64,000 nucleotides of DNA from Hyphochytrium catenoides. Its lineage: Eukaryota; Protista; Hyphochytriomycota. A program made the translations under genes and the position numbers. The notes beneath the pieces were generated by a model. It made no database searches. It was not told the origin of the DNA and saw only the letters and a list, made by a program, of their open reading frames with translations. The DNA is taken from the NCBI GenBank assembly GCA_900088475.1, contig FLMG01003894.1:1-64000 (forward strand), read 5' to 3'. Shown here piece by piece: positions 36,207 through 50,059 of the stretch (the first letter of the stretch is position 1; every line of letters starts with the position of its first letter).

Positions 36207-39200
36207 CTACCAGTCCTCGTCAAGCACCTCCAGCCTATCGCAAAACTTCTTCACTTCGTCCTGAAGCCGCGAGACGAGCTCTTGTGACAGTGCTGAGGAT
36301 TCTGATCGAATGGTAGATGGCATTCGGGCCAAAGAGAGAGAGCGTGGCAAAAGGGGAGAAGGGGGAAAAGACATGTCGATGAGGCAGGGGAGATTGCAAT
36401 AGAAGCTATCGTTAGATGACCGTGGCACCAGGCAGGCGGGAGGTTATCTGAATACAAGGAAAGAGACAATCTAGACTCCAACCTTCTGGATGGCTGTTCA
36501 CTCAATGATGGGAAGACATAAGCAATATCAGGCTGTGTATCAGTAGCAGACAGGGACGTAAACCTTGCTTTCCATTCAGCACCATCAAGATTATCCATCG
36601 AGGGACAAGGCTCTTGAGAGACGAGTCTGTCTTTACGTCTTACCTTCAATCTCTCTCAGAGTATTGGGGGCGTGCACCTGAAGATGCTCTACCAGCGCCG
36701 TGTACGTATCGGCCAGGCCCTTTGGATCTTTGGGAAAGAACTTGAGGAAATCCGAGGTCACCAGGACTAGAGCAAGTAGAGAGTCCAGACGTTTGAACGA
36801 CGAAGAAACGTCCTGCACAGGTAAAAGTCGTGAGCCATAAGCGAGAAGCGCCATGTGGAGAGTGCGAGGGAGGACGGAAGGCAGACGCTTCCTCTATTGA
36901 AAGGTTCAAAAGAGCAATGAACAGGATCGGACATTGGTAGGAGAGTACCACATAGAGGAGAGAAGACAGCGGTGTGCAAATGCTATTCCGGAAGCGTAAG
37001 GAGTCCTGGACATGACCAGAGGTTGCCTTATAGAGGAAGCTTTGAGCTTGGAGAAGCTGAGCGAGGGGAAAAGAAGTCTCCGGCACCTCTGAGTACAGCA
37101 TTTGGATCTTGGATCTATCACTTAGCGCCTCAATCACGTCAAGCTCAGGCCGCAGACCAAAATCTTTAGCGACCTCTGCGCTCGTGGCAAGCTGATTGTA
37201 CTGAGAGAGGAGCCCTCGCATGACCTAGAAAGAGCACAGTTTGAGATACACAAGGAGGGAGAATGAGATAGAGGCAAAAGATGAGAACGGGAGGCTCGTA
37301 AAGGCTGACGAAAGGACAGAGAGCCCAATTATTCTTGCTGACGGAGTGCCAGACACAGGAGAGCGGCGGAGACCAACAGGGAATCGCCAACGAGACAAAC
37401 ACCGACAGCCTGTTACATCGTCTAGGACAGAGTGAGACAAAAGGAACGCGATGGCCTACCTGCACTAAGGAGGCTAAAGCTGGGTCTTGATAGGGCGCGG
37501 GACGCAGAGAAGCACCGGGTGCTAGACAGTTAATGGCCGGGAACGTCTATCCGGTTGTCGATGTGAGAGAATCTCAGGGGAAGAGAAAAGGACTACGGAA
37601 CTGGTTGACTTCAATATGAAAAAGAGATATAGATGCGGTGCAGACGCTTGAAGAGTACTAGAAGAGAGGATGGAAACTGAGAGTAGCTTCATTGGCGCTC
37701 ACCTTCTCTCTGACAAGGTTAGCGTCCAGCAGGACATGGCTGTCATGCATTGAGGCGATTATCTCGGGGGTCCCTACGGCCAACGCACAGCAGATTAGAG
37801 GCACTCTTCATCCCATAACTTCCAAGGAGAAGCGCCGGACTGAGACGCCGCGTCCCAAACTGGATGGCTGAGAAAGGTCGCAATGTAAACAAGCACAGGC
37901 TCTCTCGCTCATAGATCAAATAAGAGAGGAAAGGAGAGAGATGTCGAAGCACGGAGGGGGGGGGGGGCACGCGGTCGTATACCAAGAAGCCATATGGGAC
38001 GTAGAGAGACAGTGTATAGATAGCAAGGACGGGCCAATGCGCCGATTAAGCTTGACACGGTCAGTACATTTCGTAGGTCTTACCGCCTGTAGTGCTTCCT
38101 TCCCCGCGTTGCAGATTGCAAAGAGAGAGGACAGTAATAGAACCGCCGCCACTGGCAGGTGACAACGCTCCTGCACGCTCTAGTAGTGGACCATGAACAG
38201 ACACTCCTCTACGGTTGTACAGGGGCAGAAGCATCGCGCGTGCTAGCTCCTCATACGCCTGACAAACAGGCGGATGGAATGAGGAGTCCGAACAGTAGAC
38301 GAGGACAATCGCAGCATTTGATCGAATGCCAGAGCGTTATTTGGACTCCTTCTCACTAAGACTTACCGCTGCATGCATGCCGAGGTCATCGAACACCACA
38401 AAAGCGTCCTCTCCCCGATCTCGGAAGTGCTCTGCTAGAGAACAGCCCGCCAAGGGGGCGAGGTAGCGAAGAGAGGCAGGGTCATCGCTGCAGGCGGCAA
38501 TCACTGAGCAGTGAGCCAGCGCTCCCCGAGCCTTCAGGGCTGCGACAATCTTCTGTAGGCCGAGCCTGAAAGAGGAAAAAAATGAAAGGAGAAGTGAGCA
38601 GACCTCCATTATCGGTCGTGATACGGAGCTTAAGAAACACGACTCAATAATAGTAGAGCAAAAAGGCGGCTGACAGGAGAGAGACAGAGACCAGCATGAG
38701 AACCTGCTTTGGCCAACGTAGACGTAGACGCAGTGCATGCGAGAAGCATTAGTCTCTCTCTGCTCACAAAGGTTTGAGATGATGTCAACCGCCAGAGATG
38801 ATTTTCCTGTGCCCCTGCAACAACATGAAAGATTAGAGAAAGAAAGGCTAAACAGAGGATGAATGGGGGATTGGGGAGAGGCAAGACCAGACACAAATGA
38901 GGAAGCGATAAAGCGGCCATTCGAAGGCAATATAAGAGATATAAAGAGGTTTCTAAGGGTTTCCACTTACTGCTCACCGAGAACCGCTACTCTGCTGCCA
39001 TAAGCGAGCGGATGGAAGACATCGATGATCTTAACTCCAGTGACTAGTCGCCGGGTCAGTCTGTCCCGAGCCAGCAGTCGAGGAACAGGCCCAAAGACAG
39101 AGGAATCCTAATTTATGTGGAGGATGAAGGTTGAGGGATAAGGAACTAAGAGAATCTCTTTACTTTGTCACGCTCCTTCTACTTTTTAGGTGACGACTTG

Positions 39201-39977
39201 TCTCCAAGCGGTCGTTGTATATCTCCCGTGGCCCCTTAGAGATCCTATCCTCTCACCTCTGGGCTGTAGGCCTCGACCTCTCCATCCAACGGTCTTCCCA
39301 AGGGGTCAATGACGCGTCCCTCCAATATGGAGCCCACTGGCACGGTGAGAGCCTTTCCAGTCGCCTGAATAAGTGTTCCTCTCTATCGAGTTAGGAAGAC
39401 CGCAGGTGAGAGTAACAAGAATCACCGAGGTTTTGGGTCGACGCCTTGGAATGGAGGGTAGAGAGGGGAAAGCGAGGATGGCTATGGCTGACACAAAAGG
39501 CTGTAGGACATTGAGAAGAGACACATCTTTGCCAGAGAAGAACGATGAAGAGAGTTGGATTTTATCGCTTTGAAGAAAGGGATGGGAACAGGCATTACGT
39601 TGCCCAGAAAGAGACTGGACGAAATGGTAAACAGAGAAGAGAGCTGAGGTGTAGACCTTCAGTCCCCGTTCTTTGCCTAGCACAGCTATTGATACTGTTT
39701 TCCTGTCCAGACGGAGGATAAATCCGCGTACTGGGGGTGATGTATGAATGATCACTTCCTCTCCCAACTTCGCTGTCTTCAGTCCTAGAGAGTGGCAGGA
39801 ACCAACAGCATTAGAGCCAGGGCCAGGAGAGGAGCTATGGATTTGATAGGAGAATAAGGGAGCTATCGTGAAGTAAGTGGCGTGCACGCGTGGGCGAGAG
39901 AGAGAGAGAAGGAAATAGAGGGGAAAGAAGGAGGGAAGAGAGAGAAAGAGAGAAAGAGAAAGAGAGAGAGAGAGAGG

Positions 39978-40015
<38 letters not shown>

Positions 40016-40583
40016 AGGGAGAGGAAGGGAGCAGTCTTCCACGGAGAGGGCAGGTGGGAAGTCGTGGTCTTTAGGATCACATTACGAACTTGTGCGATAA
40101 GGGCCTCAGACACTTGTGAAGAACTTACCATTGGCTATCACAATGCCTCTAAGAACCTCCAGCAGCTCCCCTTCATCCTCTGAGCGCGGCGTTGCCTGAG
40201 TCGTCTTGCTGAGAATTTGCTTAAAGAGTACCTGGGAATCTTCAGAGGGAGAGACTGGCCGGTTGCCTTCCCTCTGGGCAGCTGGCGCAGTGTTATGGAA
40301 TGCTCGTATTCGCGCGGGTGAGCACTCGGCAGCGGTGACCACCGAGCTGAGGCTCTGAGGTGTAGCACACACAAGGGCCCATTGACTGCAAAGACAAAGG
40401 AGGTCGCTCTAAGATCATGGCGAGAATGTTGGAGACTAACCGGAGGGAAGTAAGAGAGAAAGACTTCATATAATGGCCTGTAGGAAGACCAGGACGTGAG
40501 CGGTCATACGCCTACCTGCGACGGGCAACGCAATGCGTCGTTGCTGCACTAAGCCGACCTCGGATCAATCTCGCTCTTCTCAT
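36207..40583 (-). CDS. Divergent nuclear F1-ATP synthase alpha-subunit-like protein with mitochondrial presequence
   Basis: Spliced motifs TGVKIIDVFHPLAYGSRVAVLGEQGTGKSSLAVD, CVYVYVGQ, DPASLRYLAPLAGCSLAEHFRDRGEDAFVVFDDL, HGPLLERAG..GGGSITVL, FPAIN, LSQY. Collinear with F1-alpha from the N-terminal barrel to the C-terminal helices. Confidence 0.88.
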
Positions 40584-41371
40584 ATCGTCGTCTTCTGCTT
40601 TCCTACAGCTCTACGAGGAGCAGGGTCCCACTATACAGTCTTACACTATGTGGTCCACATGTCAGGGGAATCTCCGTTCTCTGGGTCCCCAGATGGCTCT
40701 TGCAATCAACGTGGGATTCAAACAAGGGGCAAATCAGAAGGACCGGTACGGGTGACTCGCGCACCCCCAAGGTAGCTTGGCTCTGATCAATGTGGGTCAC
40801 TGTGGGTCTACGCGCTCAAGCTGCACTCCCAACGTCGCTGGCCTTTCTGTCGTCTTCGCCCAGATCTAAGCGCTGCTGCTCCTCCTCTTGACCCTGTCCT
40901 GTCCTGTTCTGCTGTTGCTCTTGTCTCCTCAGTGACTTTCACTCTTCCTTCAGCAGCCTCAGCAGCGCCAACATCCGCATCTTTCTTTGTGAAGATTATT
41001 GGCCACCTCATGGCCGTTAGCGGTAACCATTCAGTACTCCTCCAGGAGAGGATGAACGGCGGCAAAGGGAAAGGTGCTGCAGAGTGTCGGGGATGCTCTT
41101 CCGTGTGCCTCCACCGCCTATCTCTATTTACCTCTGTCTCGATATAACATGAAGTGTTTACACTGTATAAGGTAATCTAGTGGCCAATCTGTGTCTCTGT
41201 GTTTCTTGTCCCGATTGCCTTCTCGTTTCCATCGCAAGCAGGCCGCCGACTGGAGTGGAGATTTTAACCGCAATGACGGGGCTCTAAAGAGCGTTGAACA
41301 CGAGCTGCGCGGAGAACATAGGGAACTTTGAAGCTATTCTTAGAGCTTTGCTCACCTGTTGACTAGGAAGG

Positions 41372-42512
41372 ATGAAGAAAAGAATCGCCTTTAGGAAGCT
41401 TGGCAGGGACACTGCTCATCGCTGGGCTATGCTCAGGTTGGCGAAACCTCCTCGTGCTTTGTCTGCGGCCCTCTGCTCATCCCTTGCCTTTCACATTCAC
41501 CACCTGGTCTATTGCGTTCTCCTCATTCTTCCTCTCTTGTTATGTACTTCCTTGGCTGAGCTGGAGCACGTTCCTCAGCCACAACTGGGAGTTCGGCCTA
41601 TTTACCCGGCAGACAGTCTCATAACGTTGTCCTAACCTCCACCCTCCTGGTCCCCCGTCTGGCGCGTGATCGTAGGACGATGGTAACCCAGCTGATCCAA
41701 CACGAGAGGATCCGCACCACCACTCCCAAGGCCAAGGAGCTAAGACGGGTGGCAGACCAAATGGTCACGCTGGCCAAGCAAGGTGAGGCCAGTGGCACAT
41801 TACCAGCGTGGGCGCTTCCTAGTCTTCGTCTGCTTTGGTTCCTGTCGTTTCTTCTCTTCTCTTGTGTCCGGTCGTTACCGAAGAGGATCACCTTGTTCCT
41901 AGCTGTGATCCCCATCACTTTTGGTGGTACCTTCCGGCTCTTTACTTCAGCTAACATTTCTTGTTCCCGCCCTGCTGCCGCCCTTCCCCCATAAAGGCGG
42001 CCGTCACCACTTTCTAATGGCCAGAGCTGTAGTGCGCGATGCGCCCACCACCAGGAAGCTCTTCGACGTATTTGGCCCTCGCTACAAGTAGGAGGCGCAC
42101 TCGGTGTATCGTCTCGCTTGCGATCAACTTGCTTCTGCCTTCTGCACAATCCCATTCGACTCCTACTTGGCAGGGGATCTGCCTTCTTTGATACATAGCT
42201 GACTTTTGATATGCAGGGAGCGTGAGGGTGGATACACGCGTGTAATAAAGTTGCACAGGCGACGAGGTGACAATGCAGACATGAGTATTATAGAGTTTAT
42301 TGACAGGTCAGAGGAGATCCTGCTGCTAGATATTGCCTTTTCACAGCCTGCGTACTTCTCTTTTCTCCTTGTGGAAAGCTTTCTGCTCTTTGCGCATCCT
42401 TGGTCTGACCCTTAGCGCCTCTCAATGGCTTGTTACATTTAGAACTGGAGAGATCAGGACCCCTCGGCCTCCGCAGCAGCGAGATCTCGGTTTGAAGGAC
42501 CTCGTAGTTTAA
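41372..42512 (+). CDS. MRPL17: Bacterial-type ribosomal protein bL17 (probably mitochondrial), 5 exons
   Basis: [65 protein letters not shown]. Confidence 0.93.
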
Positions 42513-42588
42513 AGGCGTAGGACCGTCGTTCCATTACATTGTAGTCGATACCCTCCGCCTTCTCTATCAACTCTATATCTGGCAGGAA

Positions 42589-44903
42589 TTACGTCTGGCC
42601 CCAGTTTGCCCTCTGACATAGCCGTGAGCAAAGTCCCGCTAGCTGCAGTGGACCGCCGACTCCATCAGCTATTCTCATGTGCGTAAAGCCAATCTCCTAC
42701 AGTCCGCAATGAGAGATGAAGGAGGCCTTAGTACTTCAGGTTCACTTCTAAAATAACCTAATACAATTGAGAGCGATGACGTGGAGCACGGTTCCGTCCC
42801 GGTACTTTGACCTCCAATCCCTCTCAAGCTCCTGCCCGACCCGGTCCAGCAACTATACTTTCCGATCTACCTCTATTTCTCCACTGACCTTTATGAGTTC
42901 GAGCTTTAGAGGCTCAGGGATGTCGTAAAACTTTAGCACCCGGAACAGAGTGCCAATGATATCTAGTGAAGAGTAGCCTGAGAGGACATACAAAGGCTTA
43001 GATGAAGGTAGAAAGGGTGATAGGATACATGTCCACCAGCTTTACCCATCTCGAAGAGCTGTAGAATCTTGTCTGTGGCCACCTTCAGCTGTCCAGTGAC
43101 GCAGCTCTCTACTATCGTCCGGATCACTACAGGATGGGGCTGGTCGCACACCTGCACCATAAGGTACGAGTATGAAAACACGAGCAATGGCATCGCGATA
43201 AGAGCAAGGAGGGACACAATCACACCGACGCAGATGGGAAAAATGCCAAATCTCTAAAAAATGCTCAAGAATGCTCTTCTCCGTGGTGGGGGTAGCTTCA
43301 GTCTGTTATGTCACCCTTTGACCGTAGTTCTTAATCTCATGTTCCATCCTGCTCAACCCAAGCGAGTGTCACATCGCTTGCTCCTCCCTCATCCCTCTTT
43401 TCTAGTCAGCCTCTCTCAGGGATAGATGTCAGTTACTTGACGGACCTTGAAGACATTCGTATCATTGACAAACTGGAACCCTGCATAAGTGGCCTGGAGG
43501 TTGTTGATCGCATTCCTCATGTCGCCCTCAGCCGTGAAGATTAACGCCTCCAAGCCCTGGTCTGTGTATTCGATCTGCAGTCACGATGGTTAGTATGACA
43601 CCTATTAAGGAAGGGGATGAGGTTACAGACCCATTAAGGCTCAAGACAAGAGAGAGGTGACGGTTTATATTAAGGATGACTGTGCAAGTGTGAGGTTACG
43701 GAGGACGATGGGCCTTTCCAACACCTTTTCATTCTTGCAGACATCCAATAACCGAGATAGGATCATCTCATCCTTCAGAAGTGAGTAGCGCAAGATGGCG
43801 CATCGACTCTGGGAGGAGAGAGAAGAGGCGTCAGCTCCACGCAAGGCGATTCTTGCTGGTCAATGCAAGAGGAGCAAACAGGAAACAGAGGACATGCCAG
43901 GCAGCTGCGAAAACAAGTGCAGGGCTAGATATATGATGGGGAGATGAGGACTTGTCACCCACGCTAGGGCCACAGAAAGGATAGGAAAGAGAGCAGAGAC
44001 CTGTATGGGTTCGATAATCTTTGTGGAGTTATTGCAGGCTAACGCAAAGCGGGTGGTGCTGGAGAAGAGCTCCATCGTACGTCTCAAAGCTTGCTGCGCC
44101 GCTTCTGTCATGCTGTGGGTTGATAATGCGTTGGATAAGAAAGCGTTGTCAGCGCATGTGGTACAGCCAAGGCGAACTAAGGGAGATGGACGAAGAGTGG
44201 CCTTAGCGCTGTTTTACCTGTCCGCTTCATCGAGAACGATGATCTTGTGCTTTCCTGGAGGCAGCGTGACCTTCTTCTTCGCAAAGTCTTTGATCTTATT
44301 CCTGACTACATCGATTCCCCTGGGACCGCCAAAGATAGATAGCGCGCAGGAGTCAGGTGAGGTAATATAGACTAAAGGAGGAAAGGCTTCGAAGCAGACT
44401 GAGTTGTCGGGCCTCAAGGATCTAGATAGGAGAATATCTTTGACTCCCATCTTTGACTCCTTTGATTTAGTGAGGAATAAGCTCACCTGTCATCTGAAGC
44501 GTTCAACTCGAGCACAGCATCCTTGAAGGAGTCACCTAGCAGCTCGTGGGCCAAGCATAGGATGCTGGTGGTTTTACCTGTCCCTGGAGGACCCTGCCAG
44601 GCTCAGGTAAGAAAGAGCCAATGGACAAGAGGGGGGAAGGGCATGCGTTACCGAGAGGATAATATTGGGCATGTTTCCCTCCTGTGCAATAACTCTGAGC
44701 CTTTCAACTGTGTCCTCGTTGCCGACCACATCCTTCAGCTGCAGATGTCAGCAGCAATGAAGAGCAGGATGGGGGAGAGAAGAGGGTTAGATTATATATA
44801 AAGCACTTCCAAGATTCACTCAGCGCTGCCCTACCCGCTGTGGTCTATACTTTTCTACCCATGGAGCCTCGTACTCCATCGTAGCTTCGCCCATCAGAGT
44901 CAT
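42589..44903 (-). CDS. RFC2: Replication factor C small subunit (human RFC2 / yeast Rfc4 type)
   Basis: [69 protein letters not shown]. Confidence 0.95.
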
Positions 44904-45394
44904 TGTCCTTTCTTTAGACTCGACTCAAGGCCTGCAAGAGGAGCAAGTCAAGGAGACCTTGACCGACGAGGATGCACTATAGCGCTCCGGCGTCTGAGCT
45001 CTGAAATGAGCGTGGTCCGCAATAACGATTATTAAAAGGAGGAGGAGGAGGAACGCCAGAGTGACGGAGACCTTACACAGGTTGATGCAGCCTAAAGGCT
45101 AGAATGTGTGAGAGTTTTTATGAGTCTCTTTCTGCCAAATCCTCCCCCACCTCTCTCTCTCTCTTTCTCTCTATGTCTCTCTCTCCCCCTCTCTCTCTCC
45201 TGTCTCTCCCCCTCCTGTCTCTCTCTCTTCTGTCTCTCTCTCTCCTGTCTCTCTGTCTCTCTCTCTCTGTGTTCGCGCCTTGAACCTTTTGCTTCCCGCC
45301 AAATTATTCTCCTTACGAACTCGTCTATTTTAGGACACTGATTCATAATAAGTAGAAATTCAAATTTAGTTATTCCGTATAAATAGTCTATATT

Positions 45395-48300
45395 TTATAG
45401 TCTGGCGGGGTGGGTGGGCCGCCCCGACTGGCGGATGGGCTGGCCGCGCGTGGCATCACGGAGCGCATCGATCATCTTCTCCAGCGCCCAGTCTGGGAGC
45501 TCCGGCGTCACAGGCAGGTAGACAATGCTGCGGAGGGCAGGGCCGAGCCGTGAAGGGCCAAGCAGGCGAGCAGAAGAGAAAGAGATAAGGACACGAGCTA
45601 CCAACACCAAAAAAGAGCATGATAGAAAGCGCATCGCATAAGAAGGAAAAGGAGCGAGTAAGGACATCAGACACACAGAATCAGACGAGGCGATGGTGCG
45701 AATAGGACCCAACAGGAGACCAGGAAATGCAAGGAAGAGACTGAGATAGTGGTGCATAGAGACACTGGGAAGGCTAGTTAAGGAGGGAAGCTAGAAGAGT
45801 AGGAACGGTATGGCGAGGTAGAAGTCTGGGCGGAGTCAAGCGCATGACGTAGTCAAAGGCGAACAGAACGTAGTCAAGCCAATGGCTCTGTCCGTACCTT
45901 CCCATCATTTCTGTACTCTGAGCATTCTCCTTCACATGCTCACTCTTGGCATACCTGCGGCCAGATTATGAGCGTGCCTGTGCGATGAGGGGCACTGTCT
46001 CTGTCATTCGTGTCTGTCGCTTTGATACTGGCCTATGACAGCCGCCATCCCTCTCCTGGTCTCATACCCTCTTCCGCTGCTGTTAGCCTCCTTCCACCCA
46101 CCCTTACTACCATATTGTCCTTTCTTTGAGTTGACACCTAGGTCGTCTCTCTCCCTCTACCAGCGCTTCCTCAGTCTCACCGATGCACGGAACCGAGCTG
46201 CGTGGTCCCCTGGGTGACATCAAAGCCCTAAGGTAAGGGAGAGAATAGGAGCACAGGACAGTGCCGTTATTCTCGAGCAGAGTACGAGATGAACATACGA
46301 ACGCTGGCAGTCACTATTGGCATGGAAGAGGCCCGGAGATGACGGCAAACATGTCTTGAAGTGCTCGATACACAAGGCAGACGGAGGCAACACATACTGC
46401 TAACAGCAAGCCGAAAGAGCGAGGCGGAGGGGGGATAGCAGCGCTAGCATTGTATCTCTTCATCAAAAATGTTACCTCTCGAAGCATATGGTGACAGACA
46501 GACTTGGGATTCGCTACGATGACGGGGAAGAGCCAATAGGCGTGATATTGGGCTCCTTTGCCTGGAATCTGTAGCCAGAGCCGCAGAAAGTTGACGACAA
46601 CGAGAGAGGTCAAGAGGGTAGATAGTGCTTGAAATGACCTTGGGGTCATGAGAAGCGATACCAGGAGAAGGAGAGAAAGAGCTCTCCAGGGAAACTCACC
46701 TGCACGGTCCGCACGTCCTTCAAGAGTTCCTCCACCTTTTGGCACTTCTGTCTATAGGACAAGGTTTAGTTTAGTTCAAGGTGACAGGGCAACACACCTT
46801 TCCCAGCAGCATTCCATAGATTGCCATGCCTCTCATCTCCTCCCCGCCAATTAACTACCAACCCACTTTTTGGGGCGCATCAGGCCTTCTCGGAGTCCTT
46901 TCTTCTTATCTTTTGGACACCTACCTCCGCTGGTCAAAATAGACAGAATCAAACGTAGTCAGACGTCTCCACAGCAAAGCAACAAGAGGCGTCGATGGCT
47001 GTTGCCTGATGAGGCGGAAAAAGTCCTCGCCTGCGAAACCTCTGATCATACTCGTGATCAGCTCGTCATGATCCTCTGCCAGGGCGATTAGAAGGGGAAA
47101 ATGGGAGTGCGAGAGTGAGAAGGGATATAGAAGGACGAGTGAGCGGGAAGAGTAAGAACCAGATTCTTCATCACTAGAACGTCTGAGTAATCTAGATAAG
47201 GTAACAATTGACTCACTGCCGAGGGTCCTGCATCCCCTCACAAAGATTCCATAAAGAGCAGGAGAGCTCATTGAGTGCAGCGCACTGTACTTCACGAGTC
47301 GCTGCATGAACTGAGTCCGCGGACGGACAGGGTACCTGATAAGAGCCAGGAATCAGAAGACTCAGGATTTAGACTGGAGAAGGCAGAGCAAGAATGTGGG
47401 GGAGAGAACCGGGGGCCGATCTCATTCCGTCTTCTAGCTCCTCTTCGTGAGGCACAGAGAATGAAGGACCAAAGCTGCCCAGTATAGAGACGGAAAGAGG
47501 TGTCGATGAGCTTACGCAGCGTTGAGTTCTCTCATCCTCTTGAGAATTTTTTCATCCGCAACGCGCGCTATGGAGCCACCAAAGGCTGTGGCTGTCTTGA
47601 TAGTCCCAAAGCTGAAAAGAGAGATATCGGCGACCGGAGAACCTCGGTAAGAAGCCCCTTTATAGCACTCTGCACAATCCTACGAGCCATAAAGCATGGA
47701 TGAGGAGAGCGGACGACAGCACCAAAAGAGCAAACAATGACTTTTCAGCGGCGAGGATGATGATATGTGCGGGGAACCATCCGCAGCCTATAGCAGTCTC
47801 TACGTTTTATTCTGGCTGCATTACCACCCTCCATTCTTCTTCAACCTACCTCTACAAGCAGGAGCCCATGCTCCTTAGCCACCTTCGATATGCCGTCCAG
47901 GTTGTTCAATGTGCCGAAGATATGTGCGAAGACAATCATCTTGGACTTCTGCGAAGGTCAAGATACGCGGCAGGATGCAGAAGCACAGATGATTAGCGAG
48001 CAGCAGTGAGAGACAACGAGGGTCAATGCGCAAGATAAGGGTGAGACAGAGAGAAACGAAGAGGCAGAAACCCTCGAAAAAGAAGAGGAGAGGCCTCGGT
48101 TGCCTCACTCACAGGGGAGATGCAGCGCTGGAGGGGCTCGACCGAGGGACCTAGGCTTCCTCCGTCTAGTTCGCAAGGGACAGGAACAAGCCCGTGGTGC
48201 TCGACGATGGCAACCATATCCTTGATTGTCACAGCGGACATGATGACTTCGGATCCTGGAGGCAGCCGAAGGGCCTGCAGCAAGAGATCGAAGGCCGTCC

Positions 48301-48912
48301 TGGGGAGACAGTCAGATTGGACATGGAGAGACATAGATAAAGAAGTTGGAGGGAAGGGGGATGAGGGGAGAGGTAGAAGGCGGAGGACAGAAGGCGGAGG
48401 ACAGAAGGCGATCGGGAGTTGAGCGTCAACCTGACAGAGAGGGCGACCATGGCATCGGGGCTGCCGCGATGCCGCCCGCTCCAGAACCTCTCAATCCGCT
48501 CTATGATTTCTGCGCGCTGGGTGTCCGGCGCCCTGAGGCTCTGAGAGATGCCGAACCACAGGTCGGAGAAGGAGACGTCCAGCCTCTTTCGCGGGAATAT
48601 CGCCCATCGGCTCTTGGCCAGCCGCTGCTCCAGAGACCCTGAGGAATACCCCACAGTCAGAGTGAGGGCGAGAGGAAGCGAGACATAAGTGGATGTCTGA
48701 CGGAGAATGAGGCAGCAAAGGCGGCCAATTAGAAGAGAGAAGAATTCTCAATGTGGGTGGCGGTGAGTGCTGGGAGGAGAGGGCAGAGAACAAGGAGAAC
48801 TGCGGGAGGGTGAGAATGAGAAGCGACGTAGAGAGAGAGTCCAGCTTCCCAAGAAGCTATAGGGCGACAGACCGAAGGGCTTCAGGCTGCCCTCTCCCGC
48901 TGTGAGCGCCAT
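45395..48912 (-). CDS. DegT/DnrJ/EryC1/StrS-family PLP aminotransferase-like protein ending in -ARL
   Basis: PRKRLD, LSVRTAFDLLLQAL.LPPGSEVIMSA, GLVPVP, AHIFG, LLVEDCAE, SFGTIKTATAFGG (putative PLP Lys), YWLFPV, YLPVTPEL. 5' end tentative. Confidence 0.85.
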
Positions 48913-50059
48913 TCTTTTTCTCTTTGTGAGCCGCGGCAGACCCTCTCCGGCGTCCAATTGTGAATCTCTGTCTGCAGCTTGTCCTGCCCGGGCTGGGAGC
49001 TGAGGACCTCTTCCCGGCCCAACCCTGCCGCTGCTGAGCAGCTGAGGAGGCCCAGCAACTGGCTCTCTAGACGTCACTCTCGGTCGTTCCTCTCTCTCTC
49101 TCTCTCTGCTGTCGCTTTCCCCCGATTCTTCACCTCTCTCTCTCTCCTCCCCCTCCTCTCTTCTCCCTGGTGCTATGAAGCTCTCTCATGATGCTTGACC
49201 AAGGAACGAACTTAACGCGCCACTACCGAAGCTCACTTGCCCAAAGACTAGAAGTAAGGCCTTTGGTGCTTTGCCCTTTGCCCTTGCCTATCATAGGAAG
49301 GAACTTTTAGAACGAAAAATGAAATATCAGGTCTTGCACCCGAGAATAAGATCTCAGCCGAAAGTAATGCACGAGGCGCATTGCTTCCTTTTCCCTCTTC
49401 AGGGCCTTCTGGGGCCCTTCTGCCGCCTGTGCCGAGCATCTCATCAGATCATCATCTATGTGATTGAATATATTTCCCTGTAGCTCAGAAGACCTCAGAC
49501 TCTGGGGTATTGTAGAGTTTCTGAGCCTATTCTGCTCATATAGAGCTTGTGTTTCGTGACAGAGCTTGACAGCTCTGAGCTTATCTTTCTCTGCAATTCT
49601 ATCTTTGCTTTCACATCTCAGTCCCGTCCCACACCGCCAACTCACTGCCTAACGCGGATCACTTCTGTCTCTCAGCTACTTCGCAGCCTCTATCCAGCGG
49701 AAAGATGCTGGCCTTTCTTACGTAAGCGAGACAGAAAGGTGAAGGACAGGTCTGTAAAGAGAGAGAGAGAGAGAGAGAGTCAGGTTTGCAGAGACAGACA
49801 CAAAGAGAGCGAGAGCAAGAGAGAGGAGAGACGAGAAGAGAGAGAAGCACAGCGTGAGAACAAGAGCGGCACTAGACAGACCTCGGCATTTGTTACACTT
49901 AAGCGCTAATAAATGCTAGGCTTGACCCCTCTAAACTAATCAACAGAGCCCGGACTTCATGTTGAAGCAGAACAGACCACGGCAACATCTGCTCCAAGGC
50001 GGGAGGGAGGCCATAGACCTCCACAGAGAGGCAGCAACAATGCTCAGCAGCCTGAGACT

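Noticed and set aside
43015-43035. GTATCCTA inside an RFC2 intron
   Set aside because: The intron is fully explained by canonical GTAAAG...CAG boundaries giving MGYSSLDII.
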